A stretch of DNA of 33,947 bases. Origin: a virus (lineage: Duplodnaviria > Caudoviricetes). How positions within the stretch are numbered: the first letter of the stretch is position 1; each line of letters starts with the position of its first letter. The position numbers were made by a program, and so were the translations under genes. The stretch lies in IMG/VR virus record IMGVR_UViG_3300035548_000648, positions 1 through 33,947 of that record; one strand, 5' to 3'. The notes beneath the pieces were generated by a model, which had not been told where the DNA came from, did not search any database, and was given only the letters and a program-made list of their open reading frames with translations. Of this stretch, positions 32,685 to 33,947 are shown piece after piece.

Positions 32685-33947
32685 CTAAGTTGATAGTTCC
32701 TTTCCTACATTTCCAGCTACTATGGCTTCAATATCCGGCAATAATATCTTTAGCCTTTCGCGTTGGGCTTTTTTATATCTACTTTGTACCCTGGTGAGCC
32801 GTTTCTCACCCGTCCCGTGTGAGTGTCCTACATATTCCCGTACAAGGATGGGATCAGCACCACCGTCAATGAGGTGAGTAATCAAAGAACTTTTAAGCGA
32901 GTAGGGCGTGCGCTTTCGTCCGTCTGCGTCATCCGCCGGCAAACCGAGCGTCGCCATCATGTGGGCGAAACGTTTTGGGAAAAACGCATATGTTAAACGC
33001 TGGCCAGTGTCGTCATGACAGAAAACAGGATCATTTTCATTTATACGTATCCTGGTATCAGCATACTCCTGCAGAGTTGTTACCAATCCTTCGATGATAG
33101 GAACGCTCCTTGGCCCTGTGGCTTTTGTCTGGCGGAATGTTACCATATCGCCTTCGATATCTCCCCAATTGAGGCGAAGAATAGCAGAGGGTCGTTCTCC
33201 TGTTGTGAACATCATCAAAGCAAATGTGTATGGTAAGATCGGCAAAATCTTCTTTCCGGACGGAGATCCGGAATAGCTCAAATCATAGCCCCAAAGCCGA
33301 AGCCCCTCAGGGTATGCAAATATTTTTCCGAGCTCTTGTATAGAGAAGATTCCACGTTCTTCGGCATCTTCTTGGATGTTGCCGACTCCGAGAGTCGGAT
33401 CACTCAAAAGCTCTCCACGATGGAGTCCTTCATGAATTGCCGTTTTTATTGCTCCAATCGTGAGATTTATCGTTCTAATACCGATTTTCTGTTGCAGAAG
33501 GTCTTTTTTAAAGTCGTCGAAATCGCCTGGAATAAGTTCATTCAGTCGGAGGTCTGCGATAGGATGAGTAAGGACGTATCGATCAAGCCTGGATCGTTGG
33601 TTCTTCCGAAAGGCATTAGAATAGCGTTTCCCGTCTGAAAGAATCCTCGTGATATGAGGGCATTGTGGTGTAAAATAAGGGGAAAGGAATTCAGCTAAGG
33701 TCGGGGAAGGTGATTCAGCTCCCTCTCTAAGCTGTCGTATTCTATTCAAACAGAAACGGACGATCCTTTGCTCACTTGTTCGTTTTGGCCTTCCTTCTTT
33801 ATCAAGTTCTGCCTCAATTCCGCTACTCTTTCTGTCCTCGCACAATTCCAGGGGGATACCAGACGCTTTTGATATTGAGTAATACCATATGTTTTTCCCA
33901 TTGATACTTCGAACGTAATATTTGTAAGGTTTTATTTGTCGTCCCAT
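32685..33947 (-). CDS. int: Tyrosine integrase
   Basis: TGER (R), TK (K), YSLK at the HxxR position, VGHS, RY. Confidence 0.9.
   Translation of the reverse strand: MGRQIKPYKYYVRSINGKNIWYYSISKASGIPLELCEDRKSSGIEAELDKEGRPKRTSEQRIVRFCLNRIRQLREGAESPSPTLAEFLSPYFTPQCPHITRILSDGKRYSNAFRKNQRSRLDRYVLTHPIADLRLNELIPGDFDDFKKDLLQQKIGIRTINLTIGAIKTAIHEGLHRGELLSDPTLGVGNIQEDAEERGIFSIQELGKIFAYPEGLRLWGYDLSYSGSPSGKKILPILPYTFALMMFTTGERPSAILRLNWGDIEGDMVTFRQTKATGPRSVPIIEGLVTTLQEYADTRIRINENDPVFCHDDTGQRLTYAFFPKRFAHMMATLGLPADDADGRKRTPYSLKSSLITHLIDGGADPILVREYVGHSHGTGEKRLTRVQSRYKKAQRERLKILLPDIEAIVAGNVGKELST

Larger units (their letters stand above)
1..33947. mobile_element. Temperate siphovirus prophage (HK97-like head) with cargo; att sites not visible in the window
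   Basis: Ordered immunity, recombination, replication, packaging, head, tail, lysis and integrase modules. Whether the AT-rich 1-5400 block lies inside the att sites cannot be shown. Confidence 0.93.

Noticed and set aside
1-33947. attL/attR direct repeats
   Set aside because: None found by eye; the window starts and ends at gene boundaries, so the sites probably lie outside it.

Overview
The window is a near-complete temperate siphovirus prophage with an HK97-type head. The host is probably a spirochaete, inferred from the DUF261-like lysin and not proven. From left to right it holds AT-rich cargo (PemK/MazF-like ORF, hypothetical ORF, and a GHKL-ATPase/HEPN-like gene coupled to an SPPY DNA methyltransferase), then two paralogous repressor/partner switches in tandem, each with its own triple operator. 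Next come an initiator-type tRNA-Met and early genes interrupted by a ~640-nt non-coding, highly structured tract with two non-canonical tRNA-like elements. After that are Bet, MazG-like, SSB, a replication initiator with internal iterons, a late promoter followed by a terminated leader, and the HNH-terminase-portal-protease-capsid block. The right part has tail genes with a -1 frameshift site, a lysis cassette with two fully overlapping coiled-coil genes, hicAB and a tyrosine integrase. The strongest novelty candidates are the structured-RNA/tRNA-mimic cluster (9204-9840), the duplicated switch (5460-7745), the methyltransferase + GHKL-HEPN pair (2053-5137) and the spanin-like pair without a lipobox (31545-32000). 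All family calls come from motif recognition by eye; no searches or folding programs were run.
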